Origin: Phoronis australis | Taxonomy: Eukaryota; Animalia; Phoronida | NCBI GenBank assembly: GCA_002633005.1 | Contig: NMRA01000025.1 | Coordinates: 323,450 to 387,449, forward strand | Length of the DNA stretch: 64,000 nt | Reading direction: 5' to 3' | Shown: positions 25,011-39,134 of the stretch, piece after piece | Layout of the letters: every line of letters begins with the position of its first letter | How positions within the stretch are numbered: the stretch's first letter is position 1 | The notes under the pieces: model-generated | The model's input: the letters and a program-made list of their open reading frames with translations, nothing else | What the model was told of the DNA's origin: nothing | Database searches by the model: none | Position numbers and translations under genes: made by a program

Positions 25011-28000
25011 TAGAGGAATAAAATTAAATATAATGCAATGTCATATGTATGTACCATACAATTAATAAAATTATTTTTATACAATAATGAAGTGCACAGA
25101 TTAAGCAGAAATGATGACTACTAACTACTTGTCAATTGTTGCATAATGTTTAATCTGGAAAGCCAGTATATAGTGAAATTCGATTCCAACCATTCTGTTC
25201 GTATTGTGTTATTTATTCCTACGCGTAGTTTCGTTCTCTGCCTATCCAGTAGGGAATATTTTTAGTTCAAGTTTCTTTTATTGTGTTATTTATGCATATA
25301 TTTCTACTCATGCCCTCTGGGAGATCAGTTTCACATCGACGAGGCCATCCAGATAACACACAATGAATAATTCTATAGAATGCTCAGAGCACATGCGAGG
25401 TCTTTGTCATCGCTGATTTCTTAGTTATGCGTAATATTATGCGCATTCAAACTTCAGAAGTCCTATTTAGAAGTTTATATGTTTGTAAACTCACAGATTA
25501 CTGGGTTTTTTTAAATTTCTATTGTCCTGCTAAGATTCTTAAAGGATCAGTCGCATGTGAGTACTTCCGATAAACTCTTTTTAATTTCCTGTCTCGGTCG
25601 GAGGTAACCTAAGCCAGCACATAACGGGAATCCAATGATTATAAGGTGTTTTGGTCGCTGTCGAAAACTTACCTCAACAGTACAGACCAACGACATGGAC
25701 TGTGTTAATGCACGTTATCCCTTCCGAACACCAGGGCCTCCAGAGAGCCCATTTTTATGGTTTCTATGTTCCCAAAAGCTTATTTAGCGAAAGTCAGTGC
25801 GTGCGGACTATGCGAAAAAAAATCCTGATTGCAATCCAGTATTTAACTCTTGATTAACGCCGTGCACGCCTTTGAACGATAATCTAACATCTCTCAATAG
25901 GTTTAAAGCCGGAAAACAACCCGATTGGGACTCCTGGTAATCGTCGTTAACACATCATGTAATATCAAAAAGTTTATGTCAGAAAAATGGACATGAATAA
26001 TAATGTCTGTGCGCAATTTGCTCAGGGAAAAATAAAATGATTCAAATGATCGTGTGCACCATCGCTTTGCAAAATCCACGTGACTATGTGTCTAAGCAAT
26101 TGAGTACTGGGTTTTCATTTCCATGATTGTAATCTTGCAGGTTCCAAAACTTAGTTTCAATGATACAAATTATGCAGATACGTGAACAACGACGTTAAAA
26201 TTACCCAAAGGTAGTGCAACTTTGACCGTAACGAGGTTTTACTACCGTATATCCAGTTCAGCTGAATGTACTGTAATCTCAGGTGAACACTACGTGACAA
26301 GCACGTATTTTCTCTATCTAAGATATTGTCACAAACAATGTGTAGCATAAATAAACGGTTCCTTGTAAAAGTAAAGAACTAATATCTCCAGTGGGTCATA
26401 AAACAAAACATGGACAGAAAGAGTTCGCACAGGAACTGCATGGCATTCATCAAGCCAGAAATATTGGCAAATGTAAAGATAAATAATTGACACTAGCCAC
26501 ATGGGAACGATGGTTATGAAACAGTACATTGTAAGAACATATTCCCAGCGTTAAGAAACGTGGAAGCACTGAATAACGCCTAGCCAATAAACAGAACTAA
26601 TAACAGAAGTCGATGTGTATTTATTAATTCTGTTATAAATTGCATGATTATCGTTAGTAACGTAAACCTCCAGCAAAGTAAAGTGGACGACTTGTTTTGG
26701 ACAAAGCGAAAGTTTCTACGAAGTCCAGTGCTAAATTTAAGGAGGGTGGCCAGTTCAACATCACATCATTGGCGGATCTACATGTAGGATTTCACAACCG
26801 AGTGCCCAACCACAGTTTTCGAAGGAAAACGACCGTGTAGATTATAAAGTTGGCCCCGACGGCTTTTCTTTTTTTCAGATTCATCATTGAAATGACAGGC
26901 GATTCGTTTGCGATAAATTTGCAACAAAAATAAAACTAAATCGAGACTATATACATGTATATAACGGAGGCGTGGATATCGCATGCGAGAGGCGTAGAGA
27001 AAACGACCAAATTATTTTAAGTGGCACGATAACTTAGTTAGAACAATGTTAGAAGGTGGATATGCTGGTAATGAAATAACTAGACGTATTAAAAACGTGA
27101 TAAGCATGAACAAATTTGTGAAGATCGATACAGACGCACAACAATGACAAGCCACAAGTTTGTCCTCAAAAAGCGACAGTACTTTGCGCGGTAGCAAGGG
27201 GTGGAGACGGTAATTTTAATATGAGCAAAGCCTCAGAAATCGCTTTCGCATCACATCCGGGTTATCATTCACTCTCTTGCATACATTCACTAGTACGACT
27301 GAGTTCAGAGGAGTAGGAGACACGTTGCAATGTCACACAGTGAAGCCAGGATTTGAAGCCAGATATCCCAAACAGAAGTGCGGAGCTCAAACCACAGAGC
27401 CACACGGTCTCCTCTCGGGAACGGTCCAGAGGGTTTTTCCATGGCATGATCCTAAAATTGGAAGGGCATTCAACTGAATGTTCATGGAAAATGCTTAAAG
27501 AACAATTGCTTAAGTAAGGCTGTACTATGGCCTCGTTTGGTTTTACATTCGAACATAAGCCGGTCGCCTTCGAAGAGGAATAATTCCAGAAAATACACGA
27601 TATTGGCTACTGTATATGTAAATGTGTGGAATTTAGGGTATTTATTAAAATGAATAAAATAAAAGTTTCAGGACTGCACACATTTAAAGAGTACCAACAC
27701 TAAAATATGAAACCCTTTTGTGCATTTCAGTCACAAAAATGATTCCTTTCCAAAGCCGGAAATCAACAACGACTAAAATTCTGTACAAATCACGCAATTA
27801 AGAAAATCCTTTGGGTGTTCTTAGGCGAATATGAACTTTGCTATTTCTATGGAGTTTCCCAAATTCAATCTGCTTGCTTGAACATGTACGTCGGAGCATC
27901 ACGTTTCAAAGAGTTATTTCCCCTGGCGGTTTAGCCAACGGCAGAGGCGTCCGGCAAAGCTGGGGAACCTGGAAGGACCAAATGGTCTCAAGAACAACAA

Positions 28001-28652
28001 CGTTTGTGCAAATGAGGCATAATATTATTTATGACAATGTTAAATTTTTTCACGTGAAGATACGTGATTTATAATTCACCTTATATGGCTAGTGTAGTTG
28101 AAGCGCTGAAGTTGGCGCTATAAAGATTCGTCCACTAATTTCTAATTTAAAAGCAAATAAGCAAAGCAAAAATGAATGTGTGCTAAAATGAACGTTTTAG
28201 TTTTTTGGTTCGGTGGTGGGCCCACTTAGCGAGTTATCCACGATGTAAATTTTAAATACGTGTCCCATTCTCGCCCCCTGCTGACAGTTGAGCCTATGCC
28301 AACTGTGACATCGCAACGTTTTGCAATAACATTCTGATCCGGCATTGGAGATAACTCCTACAAGTTCTAATAATAGACAAAAGATGGCTCACAAAAGGGG
28401 GGCGCGAGGATGGTTTACATTCAACAAACCTTGATTTGTTGTAGGAAAGCTAATAATGGATAGTAAGAAAAAACAAGGTAAGAAAAAACAAGACAAAAGG
28501 ATACAAAGTCATTGAGATGAAACCTATTGCTCTCACTAGAACGGAGTAGGTGTGAATATCTAAAAAGTTGACTTTGTCATACGAATAATCTAAATATGAC
28601 ATTAATACGAAAAGATATTTTTTGTGTTTGACACTCATCCCATCAAAAGACG

Positions 28653-28896
28653 CCATTTTGGAAAGGAGTTCCAATGATGGTAGAATCACTATAGTTACTC
28701 ACCATTTTGGAAAGGAGTTCCAATGATGGTAGAATCACTATAGTTACTCACCATTTTGGAAGGGAGTTCCAATGATGGTAGAATCACTATAGTTACTCAC
28801 CATTTTGGAAAGGAGTTCCAATGATGGTAGAATCACTATAGTTACTCACCATTTTGGAAGGGAGTTCCAATGATGGTAGAATCACTATAGTTACTC
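28653..28896. repeat. Minisatellite, ~49 bp x5 (intronic)
   Basis: CCATTTTGGAAAGGAGTTCCAATGATGGTAGAATCACTATAGTTACTCA near-identical tandem copies. Confidence 0.95.
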
Positions 28897-29714
28897 TTTT
28901 CTTTTTTTCCATATCAATGGTTCCATATTGGAGGGGCAGCTGATTACGAAGTTGTCGGTTCGGTTAACATTTTGTTGTTTTTGTTTCGATCAAACCATAC
29001 CATAAACTTTTGTTCGTTTTGCTTTTTGTGGAATTTTACTTTTTTTCATGCGGATGGTCACCACTCGAAAAGCAGGATCCGAAGATGGAATCAATTGTCT
29101 CTTATTAGCTTTTTGTATTAAGTGGTCCCTTTCGCAGGGGCCTCGTTTGCAAAGGGCCGATACAACTGCACCTTCCCTAAATAATAACAGTCCAGAAGCT
29201 AAGACACGAAAATAGACCAAGAAAATAAGAAAATCGTCAAAGCTAAAGCGACACACTGCTGCACAACTCAGTTCAGGGAATGTTTCAATTTTTATATTCC
29301 CGGATGGATTGTTTTTAAGTTTCCGACAAACTTTTGATATAATTGAATGGTTCAGTGCTTGAACATGTATATTTCACAAACTGAATATTCTGATCAATTT
29401 AACATGAAATAAAACTTTACTGGTAAATATTAATCACTTTCACAGATTGTCTTGTCGCTTAAGCGACTTGGGTACCGTACTTGGCAGTTTATGACGTCAT
29501 GTAACAACAAGCAGGAGCACACGGCGACATGGTATTGCCACGATGATGAAAATAAATCCGTGTATATGGGATAAATAGGTGATCCCACATACATAGGAAT
29601 GCTACTGCCATATCCTATGTCGAATCCATTTCTCTGGGATTGTCCCAACTCGACCCCGGACCAATATTTACACCAGGTGTTTCGTCCACATTTTAATTCT
29701 AAGGTTACTTTCAG

Positions 29715-30472
29715 GATTGCCAGTGGGGCGTAAGCGCCGCACAAGCAGTACTACCCGGACCCCCAAGCCGTATGGTTATGTCAGATTAACAAGATCGAGT
29801 CCATGGTCGCGAAACCTAGATTACAGTGACCAGTATGACAGCGTTATACCTATGCACAGGGTCAAAAAGCGATCCGTAGACGCTGCGCTAAAGCACACGG
29901 CAGGTAAACGTTCCCTCACGAATTTGACTCCAACACGTCCCCACGACGAAGACGATAAAATGGACGATGAAATGAGGGAATTCTTGGAAACTCTTGGCGA
30001 AGCGTTGGTGAAGATGTCGGCCGAGGAAAAACTGACCGACGGCGAGGCTCTTAAAAGAGCATTCGTGAGGATTGGCAGGGACCCAAACAATAAGCGAGCG
30101 TTTGTGCGCATCGGTCGCAACCCAGAGGAGCGAAAAAAAGCATTCATGAGATTGGCCAGAGCTTTTGTGCGGATAGGAAGAGGGGATTGGGGAGAACCTC
30201 CGTCAAAGAAAGCTTTTGTGAGGATCGGCAAAAACAATGACGATGAAGAAATAAATCCTGCACCGGAAAAGAAAGGGTGGCTAAGATTCGGTAAGAGGGA
30301 TTTAGAGGAAGCCCCGGACAAGAAAGGGTTTATTCGTTTCGGCAGAGGAGATAGTGAACTCTCCATGGATAAAAAGGCGTTCATGAGATTTGGTAAACGG
30401 GACGTGGAATCCACCAAAAAGATGAACGCATCCGCAAAAGACAAAACAAACAAAACGAGCACCAAAATGTAA
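29715..30472 (+). CDS. Neuropeptide precursor, peptide-encoding exon (FVRIamide/FMRFamide-related peptides)
   Basis: Acceptor TTACTTTCAG|GA then LPVGRKRR... Encodes 4x AFVRI-G, AFMRLA, GWLRF-G, GFIRF-G and AFMRF-G, flanked by K/R cleavage sites with acidic spacers. Spliced product ~297 aa. AATAAA at 30916-30921. Confidence 0.95.
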
Positions 30473-33400
30473 TTGCTTGTACACGGATTGATCTGTTGTA
30501 ACCATTTTTTCAATTCACATACTCAGCCCACCTACGTGTATCCTTCAAAGGACAGAATTGGTGTTTTGGTGATATCCTCTAAGACTCCTTTTGCAATCCG
30601 CTACTCGAGAATCTCCCATTGCGAAGAATGCCGTCTGAAAATTTGCCACAGGGTAGTTCGAAGTACATGTAGATTACACTCTGCACATGCGCATTTAATA
30701 GCCCAAAGCTAGCCTCACTACTACCGTCAACTTGCTCCTAATTTTTGTGAGTGGACGTTAAAAGGTATAGTTTTGTTAAGTTTTACTATTTCTAAAAGTT
30801 AACATCAGCTAATCACTAAAAAGTGCATTCTGTACCTTTATATTCCACCATTATTCCAATGGGTGCCGTCCGTGCATAGCGCAGACGAAATGACAGCGAA
30901 TTTGCTAACAAAAATAATAAATAGCACAAAGACCACTACATAAAGTTGACGAATCCTCCTTTCGTTTACTATTTCTGATCGTTTATGAACTGTTTGGAAT
31001 TGAAATTTAACAAGATTTTACGAGTTTTGTTTTGTTTTTCAACAGACAAGTCCATTCTTGACCGAAAAATAACCCTTGACAAAAGTAGGCAATCTTACAA
31101 CCAGGGCTTCTAAATATTGATTGTCTGCACTTGGCTCGCAGGTTCACAGGGTAGGACTTCTGCGTTAGTTTTCGATGACAACTTCCGACTTACAGGAGGA
31201 TCAAGTGTCTTAACTGCTCAACCCGGCGGAAACAGCAAATATAACTAAGTTGTAACCATTATAAAGCGTGTTTACGTATATACTGTACTTCCCAAAATGT
31301 AACGCACATAAAAACAATAATACGAGTGTACGGTGGCCTCCAGCGCACACTCGGCAAAAATACAATAAGTTCAGGACTATTGACTTCCTGTTTCTTGGAA
31401 AGTCACGTGAGTCGACTAACCTGACAGATGTCTCTTCAATGCTGGGCAATTACTACCAGCTATTACCATGGCAGTGTATACATATTCGGTGACATTATAA
31501 ATGTGTTGCATGCGCTCACATAAGGGGCGGGGAGTTCGTCGGCTCTAACGACGCTGTAGTTGCTGACCTCGACTTATGTAAATATCAACAATTCGTTGTG
31601 TTAATTGATTAACTTTCCGACCTAATAAAATCTTGGCAAGTTCGCTGTTCGTTTTCAAGGTGAGTTTCTTCCACAGGGCATCCCACCTTTGGACCTGTGA
31701 TCCACTCATATTTCTACCGTCTTTTCTTTTACCAATGTTCACGATTCTCTCGTGCTTTCTGTGTCACTATGAGCTGTGAACAATGATTTCCAGACAATCG
31801 TTGCCAATGCGTGTTGAACAGAACTACAACTTGTCCTCAGGGTTACTGGAGATCAGTTTTGACATTAATATTGGCAATAACCAATAATTATTAAAGTTTC
31901 ATTGCAAACACGCGACTAGAGTAAAAACAATGCCGCCAGTTTCCGTCATTCTTCAGTTAAATTTGTGGAGTTACCGTATAATGTGTTATGGTATGTGTCA
32001 CTCGCCGGCTGGTTATTCAATAAATTCTTCCCTTCACAAGGTTGTGTTACTAATGCAGCAAATAGTCCAAACTGTATGGTTTCATGTTGGTATATTTTAA
32101 GTAAGCTACTACAGGCCCGGCAGCCTTTCTGGACGACAAACTTGCACCCACTAGATTTATTTTTCAACAACGGAAAACGATCAGAAATGACGTATGGGGA
32201 CGCGAGACAGATGACCGCATCTGGTGGCAACGGTTAGCTGATCATTCTAACACCCGTTGCATACACTACTTCATTTAGTGAACTTCATAGAGGTAGTTTT
32301 GCTCCGTTTACTGTGGAGGACGTAACTAAAAGCACGGCCATACATTAATTATTTTCAATTACACCGATTCACAATTATATACGTTAGAAAATTGCTTTTA
32401 CCGGCCAATTTGGACCATTGCCTACGCTTTGTGCTGGCGAACGATGTAAACAACCCCCATGCTGTTCAAGCTTCGTTCCAGAGAGAAATTGATATTCTCA
32501 AGCTCGATCATATCAAGACTAGCAGGACTCCGTGAAAATGCAACGACATGTTGGCCTAGCAGTTATGCTTTCACAAAACGGTATCGTTGAATTACCAGGA
32601 AGACAGTTTACAAATATGAACCGATCAAGGGTGACATCAGGTTAAGTTCTTTTCCGATACCTTTGGCTCTAGTTATAGTAACGTGTTCGTACTTGCTAAA
32701 ATTTTGTGCCTTGTCATCGTCTCCTCGGTAAAGGGTTGGTTTCTGCTGCCTGCAAATGGGCGGGTGAATACGAGTAGCGACATCTGACGTACGTCCAGGC
32801 GCACAATCGGTGAAACGTTATGGATTTTACGACTTTCCGGTAAACATCGACGCGTATCGGAGGTTATTATACTGGGTTTTAGACAATCATTCAGAAACAT
32901 AGGTGGTCGTGTAAAGCAATAGGGTTTTCCGAGATATGACACCCATTCACTGACGTTATGGAGCCAACACGTTTCGTCACAGCCAGAATACGCCCGTTAT
33001 GTTCCAGTTTGCAAGACCTGGCGGCTGGCTTTCCACCGGCGTGGCAGGGCAGCAAACGTCGTGACTATTTTGCCCTACTTTTCTGCAAAGTTCGGGAAGT
33101 CGTTTTTTATTTGTTATATGATTACATCCGGTGAGTAATTCATGGAAGGAGGGCATGCAGTGTAGCTGTTTGGGCTCTTTGAGTTGGGCGCAATTCTCAC
33201 TCACTCGAACAATCAATTTACCAGTTTTTGTAACTCAAAACTTTGTGAAGATATTATAAAAATTGCAGGAAATGTCCGGAAAGCATGAGGGGACAATCTA
33301 TTATATTGTAGGGCGAGTTAATTTGAAGTCGCGCAACGATCGTTTTTAATGCAATGCATTGGCGTCGGCAAAAGCTACTTGGTTACGTGAGTTCAATATC

Positions 33401-34190
33401 AGACCTAAAGATACCTACTGTAGCGCACTCACAAACAACGTAAATATCGTAATTTAAAAAAAAACGAAATATACTTGAAGCATTCCCTCGAAGAAACTAA
33501 CTTTCGACCAAGGCCACTTAAAAGGATGCTAAAATCTGTTTTTTGGCGATTTCAACCAATCCTCGCTCTGTCACCTGCTAATGTATTACATTGGCGTCAA
33601 TATTGAAAGATAAAAGCAGGAATCAACTAAAATCTCATACTCCCCGTTTCGCAGATTGAATAGTTCGGTCGTTGGTGGGGTTTCCTTCCCCAAAGTTGAA
33701 TTCGCTAAAAGCGCAAGTCACGCTTGTACATTGAGCAGCCTTAGAAAGGAGTTTTCAAATTTTGCTCCATAAACAGGGGGTTGTGGAGGGTGACAGAGCA
33801 TCATTTTGTTTCAAAGAAATGGATTGGGAAGTCGTTTTTACTAGTAATGATCGGTTTTTAGGATAAAACCGGGTTTGGTATGCCTTTAGATTGCAGTAAA
33901 ATTTTCGAAAAGCAAATTTTTGTCTTGCATGGACATGCTATGAACATTCCCACTAAATAAAATTGGTTCTAACCCCGGTGTTTAAGGTAAACGGCGGGGT
34001 ATGGAAAATTGAACTAGACCGTATTTATCCACCTTGGCTGAGACGCGCTCGGCTCATGGTCAAAGGGATGCCGCCAAGCTGCTCTATTCATCGAGTCACG
34101 AGCGAGGATAATTGACTTCGCTCATGCGGATATGATCAGCTGATTACAGTCTAGCCTAACAACTGTACTTTTTATGGAGAGAATTTTACG

Positions 34191-35013
34191 NNNNNNNNNN
34201 NNNNNNNNNNNNNNNNNNNNNNNNNNNNNNNNNNNNNNNNNNNNNNNNNNNNNNNNNNNNNNNNNNNNNNNNNNNNNNNNNNNNNNNNNNNNNNNNNNNN
34301 NNNNNNNNNNNNNNNNNNNNNNNNNNNNNNNNNNNNNNNNNNNNNNNNNNNNNNNNNNNNNNNNNNNNNNNNNNNNNNNNNNNNNNNNNNNNNNNNNNNN
34401 NNNNNNNNNNNNNNNNNNNNNNNNNNNNNNNNNNNNNNNNNNNNNNNNNNNNNNNNNNNNNNNNNNNNNNNNNNNNNNNNNNNNNNNNNNNNNNNNNNNN
34501 NNNNNNNNNNNNNNNNNNNNNNNNNNNNNNNNNNNNNNNNNNNNNNNNNNNNNNNNNNNNNNNNNNNNNNNNNNNNNNNNNNNNNNNNNNNNNNNNNNNN
34601 NNNNNNNNNNNNNNNNNNNNNNNNNNNNNNNNNNNNNNNNNNNNNNNNNNNNNNNNNNNNNNNNNNNNNNNNNNNNNNNNNNNNNNNNNNNNNNNNNNNN
34701 NNNNNNNNNNNNNNNNNNNNNNNNNNNNNNNNNNNNNNNNNNNNNNNNNNNNNNNNNNNNNNNNNNNNNNNNNNNNNNNNNNNNNNNNNNNNNNNNNNNN
34801 NNNNNNNNNNNNNNNNNNNNNNNNNNNNNNNNNNNNNNNNNNNNNNNNNNNNNNNNNNNNNNNNNNNNNNNNNNNNNNNNNNNNNNNNNNNNNNNNNNNN
34901 NNNNNNNNNNNNNNNNNNNNNNNNNNNNNNNNNNNNNNNNNNNNNNNNNNNNNNNNNNNNNNNNNNNNNNNNNNNNNNNNNNNNNNNNNNNNNNNNNNNN
35001 NNNNNNNNNNNNN
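34191..35013. other. Assembly gap
   Basis: Run of N. Confidence 1.
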
Positions 35014-35425
35014 CTCGTTGTACCTAACAATAATTTGTTTCCGAGTACTTCGGGCATGGTTTAAAATTGAAAGGGGTCATTACAAGTTGAATTTATGAGA
35101 ATTGTATTGTTGCATTGCGAACTAAAAACTAGTCGATTGACGGGTAGTGCGAGACAAGGCAACGAGTAAGGACAGCTTTGATTTGCTTACGAGTAGTGAC
35201 TCATGATTGGCCAGACATCTGTAATAATATGTTTTGTCTTTCCTTTTCAACGGAATATATTTGAACTTTGGTAATTTGGGGCTACAAAATGTAGAACAAC
35301 CTTCCTGGTGCTTCTCTCCAGTAGACACGCGGAGAGTGAAGCGCTAACTGGTCCATAAGCGATGACCTAGTTTTCGCAGAGAACCTGGCGGATGACCTAG
35401 TTTACGAATTGCTGGTAATGACGCT

Positions 35426-36843
35426 TAATGGTGTCAACTTATCGCTTGAATTCATCGTTTTGCACAAATAAATCTTCAAAATTCGATGTAAACTCCTTAC
35501 AAACGTGTTGTTTTATTTCACTGTTACGGATTTATATAAATTTGAACGGTGAAATACAGACGGGGGAACATAGCTGTGTGTTGTACTTTTAGACTTGCGA
35601 TTTTTTAGTTCTAAACACACAAAACGCTCGTTACTTCCAGCCAGTGGCTCGGAACCCAATCAGGCCCGCCGCGGCCGCCGGGACTGGACATCACGAACAT
35701 AAACCAGCTTAAGTTGGAAACTAAACCACCAGTCACGACAAGACTACATGTATAATACTGAGCCCAGAGAAATAATGTACACGTAATTATTTATGTGAAT
35801 TATCCACGGAACTGAAAACCTACTTATTAATTTGTCGGGCGGGCCGCGAAGTCAGGTTCCCCTTCCACAGAACCGTCAGGGCAAATGAAGGTTGTACAGT
35901 AACAACGATTCGAATAATGTATTTGTATACCTACATAAAGATTCCCCTATGTGATCATAACATATAGAATCGAATTATAGTTTCACAACAGCTTTCATTC
36001 AGCAAACACTGAATTAGCATGCGCTCACACGACCTCGGTGCCCGGTCAATTACCTTTATTGCATCTAAAGCCGGTGAACGCAGTGGTTTATTCATTAATT
36101 GCTTGCTTCTCAAAACATTTGCACTCACAAATATTCCAAAGGCATTACAAATTGCATCTAATGAGACAGACTTTGTTTCAGTTTTATATAACCATTGGTT
36201 AGGGTGAAAATAATTCGTTTTGAAACAGAACGCAGAATAATAAACATCTACATGGCAACTCGCCCGACGCCAATCCCGACTTAGTCGAGATCTCAGGCGA
36301 CGAAGACTTCACGGATACTGGGATCGTTAGGTTTCACAGGCTATCAGTTCAAACCGGAATACACTGATCAAGAAATACTAGAGAGGCGCCGTGAACATGC
36401 ACAGGCAACGGAACGTATGGATAGTTCTTTGGTAAGCCGGAATTCGTCAGAGAAATAACTGTCGACAGAATGCCGGCCACAGACACGGGTGATGTTTCAC
36501 GGTCTCATATGCAGTGTACTTTGCTATAATTACAACGTACTTTTCATTCTTCACTACCGCGAGCCACTTTCTAAGAATTTCGGGCTCTCTAGGAAGTCGA
36601 AAAAACGACATGCCCGCTCAGTTTCTTCGCAGCTTCATAATTCGGACAAGCGAGAACGATGCACCACAATACAGCGGCATTCCCTCTGCACATGAACCAC
36701 AGACGTCGCTGCGTATTTTTTCACCATCCTCACAGGTTAACGCGACACCTCTCGGCAAAGTGAGGTCGACTGCATAGGAGGCGACGTGGATATAGACCGA
36801 TTAAGACGGTAAAAAGACTAATTACATCGGGTGGCATTCTCCT
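35426..36843 (-). mobile_element. Second, inverted and one-end-truncated copy of the Kolobok-like THAP element
   Basis: Reverse-complement homology to ~14346-15876. TIR GGGTGGCATTCTCCT at 36829-36843 followed by TTGA; the opposite TIR is not seen. Confidence 0.85.
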
Positions 36844-39134
36844 TTGAACCCTTTTATACATCCCGTCTCGAGACAATTCGAACAAAGCGAATAGAACTTG
36901 CGTGTACAGCAAGGCAGCATAACGCCCGAGGGTGTTTCCCACCACGCATGTTTTTAGTTTTTGAGCCAGTTAGCCAATATGAAATGAATACAATTAAAAT
37001 CTAACAAATAAGCATTTTTATGCCAAATTTATGCTATTTTCTATTTTTTTATTCTTGAAGAAGCTTCCCGCCAAATCCTGTTATGGCGGCCAGGGTGAGT
37101 GGAACACGTTTCAGTGGTGACTTGCAATGGACACAGAGCAAATCAGAAGACGAGGACCGGATTTGAGCGAGCCGGAAACTGGACAACTATTGAGCAAAAT
37201 AGACACTTACACCTGACGAGGGCCACAATGGTAAACCTGGGTGACACGTATTCAGTATTGCCATCATGAAATGAGCATGGTCTATAAACACGCAATTGAG
37301 TCTAAACACAATGCCTAGGTGTCCGGCTACAGCTGTAGCACACGATCTGGACGAGGGCCTGGCATCACTCGCCCTAGAATGGAAGCAATTTGCTCGTTAT
37401 TTATCATAAAATTTGCAAATGCACTTGCAAAGTACGTACGTGGCGAGTCCTACATCATAACGTCGCTTTTGCGTTTGGTCGAAACACGATTCCTTGAAAT
37501 GTGCTGAAAAAATGGTGGCGCCCGACCGAATTACATCACACTCTCATACGCAGACCAATGACAAAGAAGAGGAAATTTTTCAGGTGATGCATCATTCCAA
37601 AAAGTACAAGGCTTGTGTGATAAGAAATACTTTTTGTGATGTGAACTTAAACTGAAATTAACATTTTTGCTTGAATGAAGTCAAGACAACGATTAAATAG
37701 AAACGAAAAAAGAGGAAACTGGACATCAAAAAGAGGATATCGAAACCAAAAAGAGGAAATTTGAACAATTCAACATAAAGACGTTATCGGTCAACTTGCC
37801 GTTACTACAGCCACCACAAACGCACCCTTTCATGTCTGAAAAAGGTGGCTCTCCGCGGACTTTCCTCACAACTCCTCAGAACAATGGTGAAGACAACCCC
37901 CAAAAACAATTTTTTTTAATATTTGGCCTTTTTTCTTAAAAATTCTTTTTGAGACACATGGTCATGGTGGGAACTCTTTGAGGATGAATGTCAAGTTTGT
38001 CTAATGCCATTACTCAAGACACAAAACAGAACAAGTTAATTATATAATATATATTACCTCTCAAGCACACACACACAAACTAATAATAATGATTGCCGAT
38101 ACGAAATTTATTATAGTTCACAAGGGGCTCAGTGTCTCCTTAGGGTCCTACACGTGCCACAACTTTGGCTTGTCAGCATCATAGATTTTCCATTGCTTGG
38201 ACAAATGCTACAAGTTACGTCGAATGCACACGCGAGAAATGTATCCGATTGTACGAAGAATTCAATTTCGGAAGCCAATTTGATAGAAAAAAACACCCAT
38301 TTTCATCCACAATAGTTTTACTTATTTTAGCCAGTGCTTTGTTTCCTGGGAGTCATCGCTAATGTGATAATTGCCCTGATCCACACAAAAGGAGCGATTC
38401 CAAAGTTTCTGATGGTAAAGGGTTCTGTCTGCCACCTTATTTGCGAATTTCTTTGACATTGTGGGGGAAGGAAATAAAAGCACGCATTTATTTGCGGGCA
38501 GGTTGACAGATTTTGCCACTGCAACAGCAAAAGATCGAGTTTGAGAAGGGCCAGCCAATGGTTTGAAAAAGTGGCGGCATAGTGGGCCTAACGTGTTTTA
38601 AACAGTTTAAAAGCTGAATGGAATATCATTGTCCCTATGACGTCAAATCTGTCTGAAATAGTGGTGGTAACAGCAGATCAAGCCGTGACGTGAATACGTA
38701 AAAATGGGGGGCCTAGCTGGAGACTGAAATAGAAAATATTTTGATATGATCATTTTGCTCAAACCGGGTATAGGTCGCTAGTTTAAAGGGGCAATAGTCC
38801 GAATAACGCTGACTGTTGGTCTTCAAGGACTATAACAACATGCACTTTCTCTTTCAGTTATCTTTTAAGATGAAATATGAATTAAAATTTTTATTTGGTC
38901 AGTGTTCGTTATTTCCACGCACGCACGCACACACACACATAAGACAGGGATTGGACATTCTACTATTAATGGACGTGAGGCCATGTGTCTCATGATGTGT
39001 GTTGCAGCTCGTTGGTATATTAACCGTTTTGCTACATCCCCTAAAAAGCGCCTAATAAAAATCGACGTTGGCCGTTTTTGTTCCACACAACCCACTTTCA
39101 ATGAAACGTAGTTAGAATCACTCAGTTAAATCAC

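Noticed and set aside
28653-28896. CRISPR-like repeat with internal dyad
   Set aside because: The whole 49-bp unit is repeated with no variable spacer.
29821-30513. 230-aa antisense ORF
   Set aside because: It is the shadow of the repetitive neuropeptide exon and has no independent coding features.
34122-35064. Long ORFs of ~300 aa
   Set aside because: Artefacts of translating the N gap.
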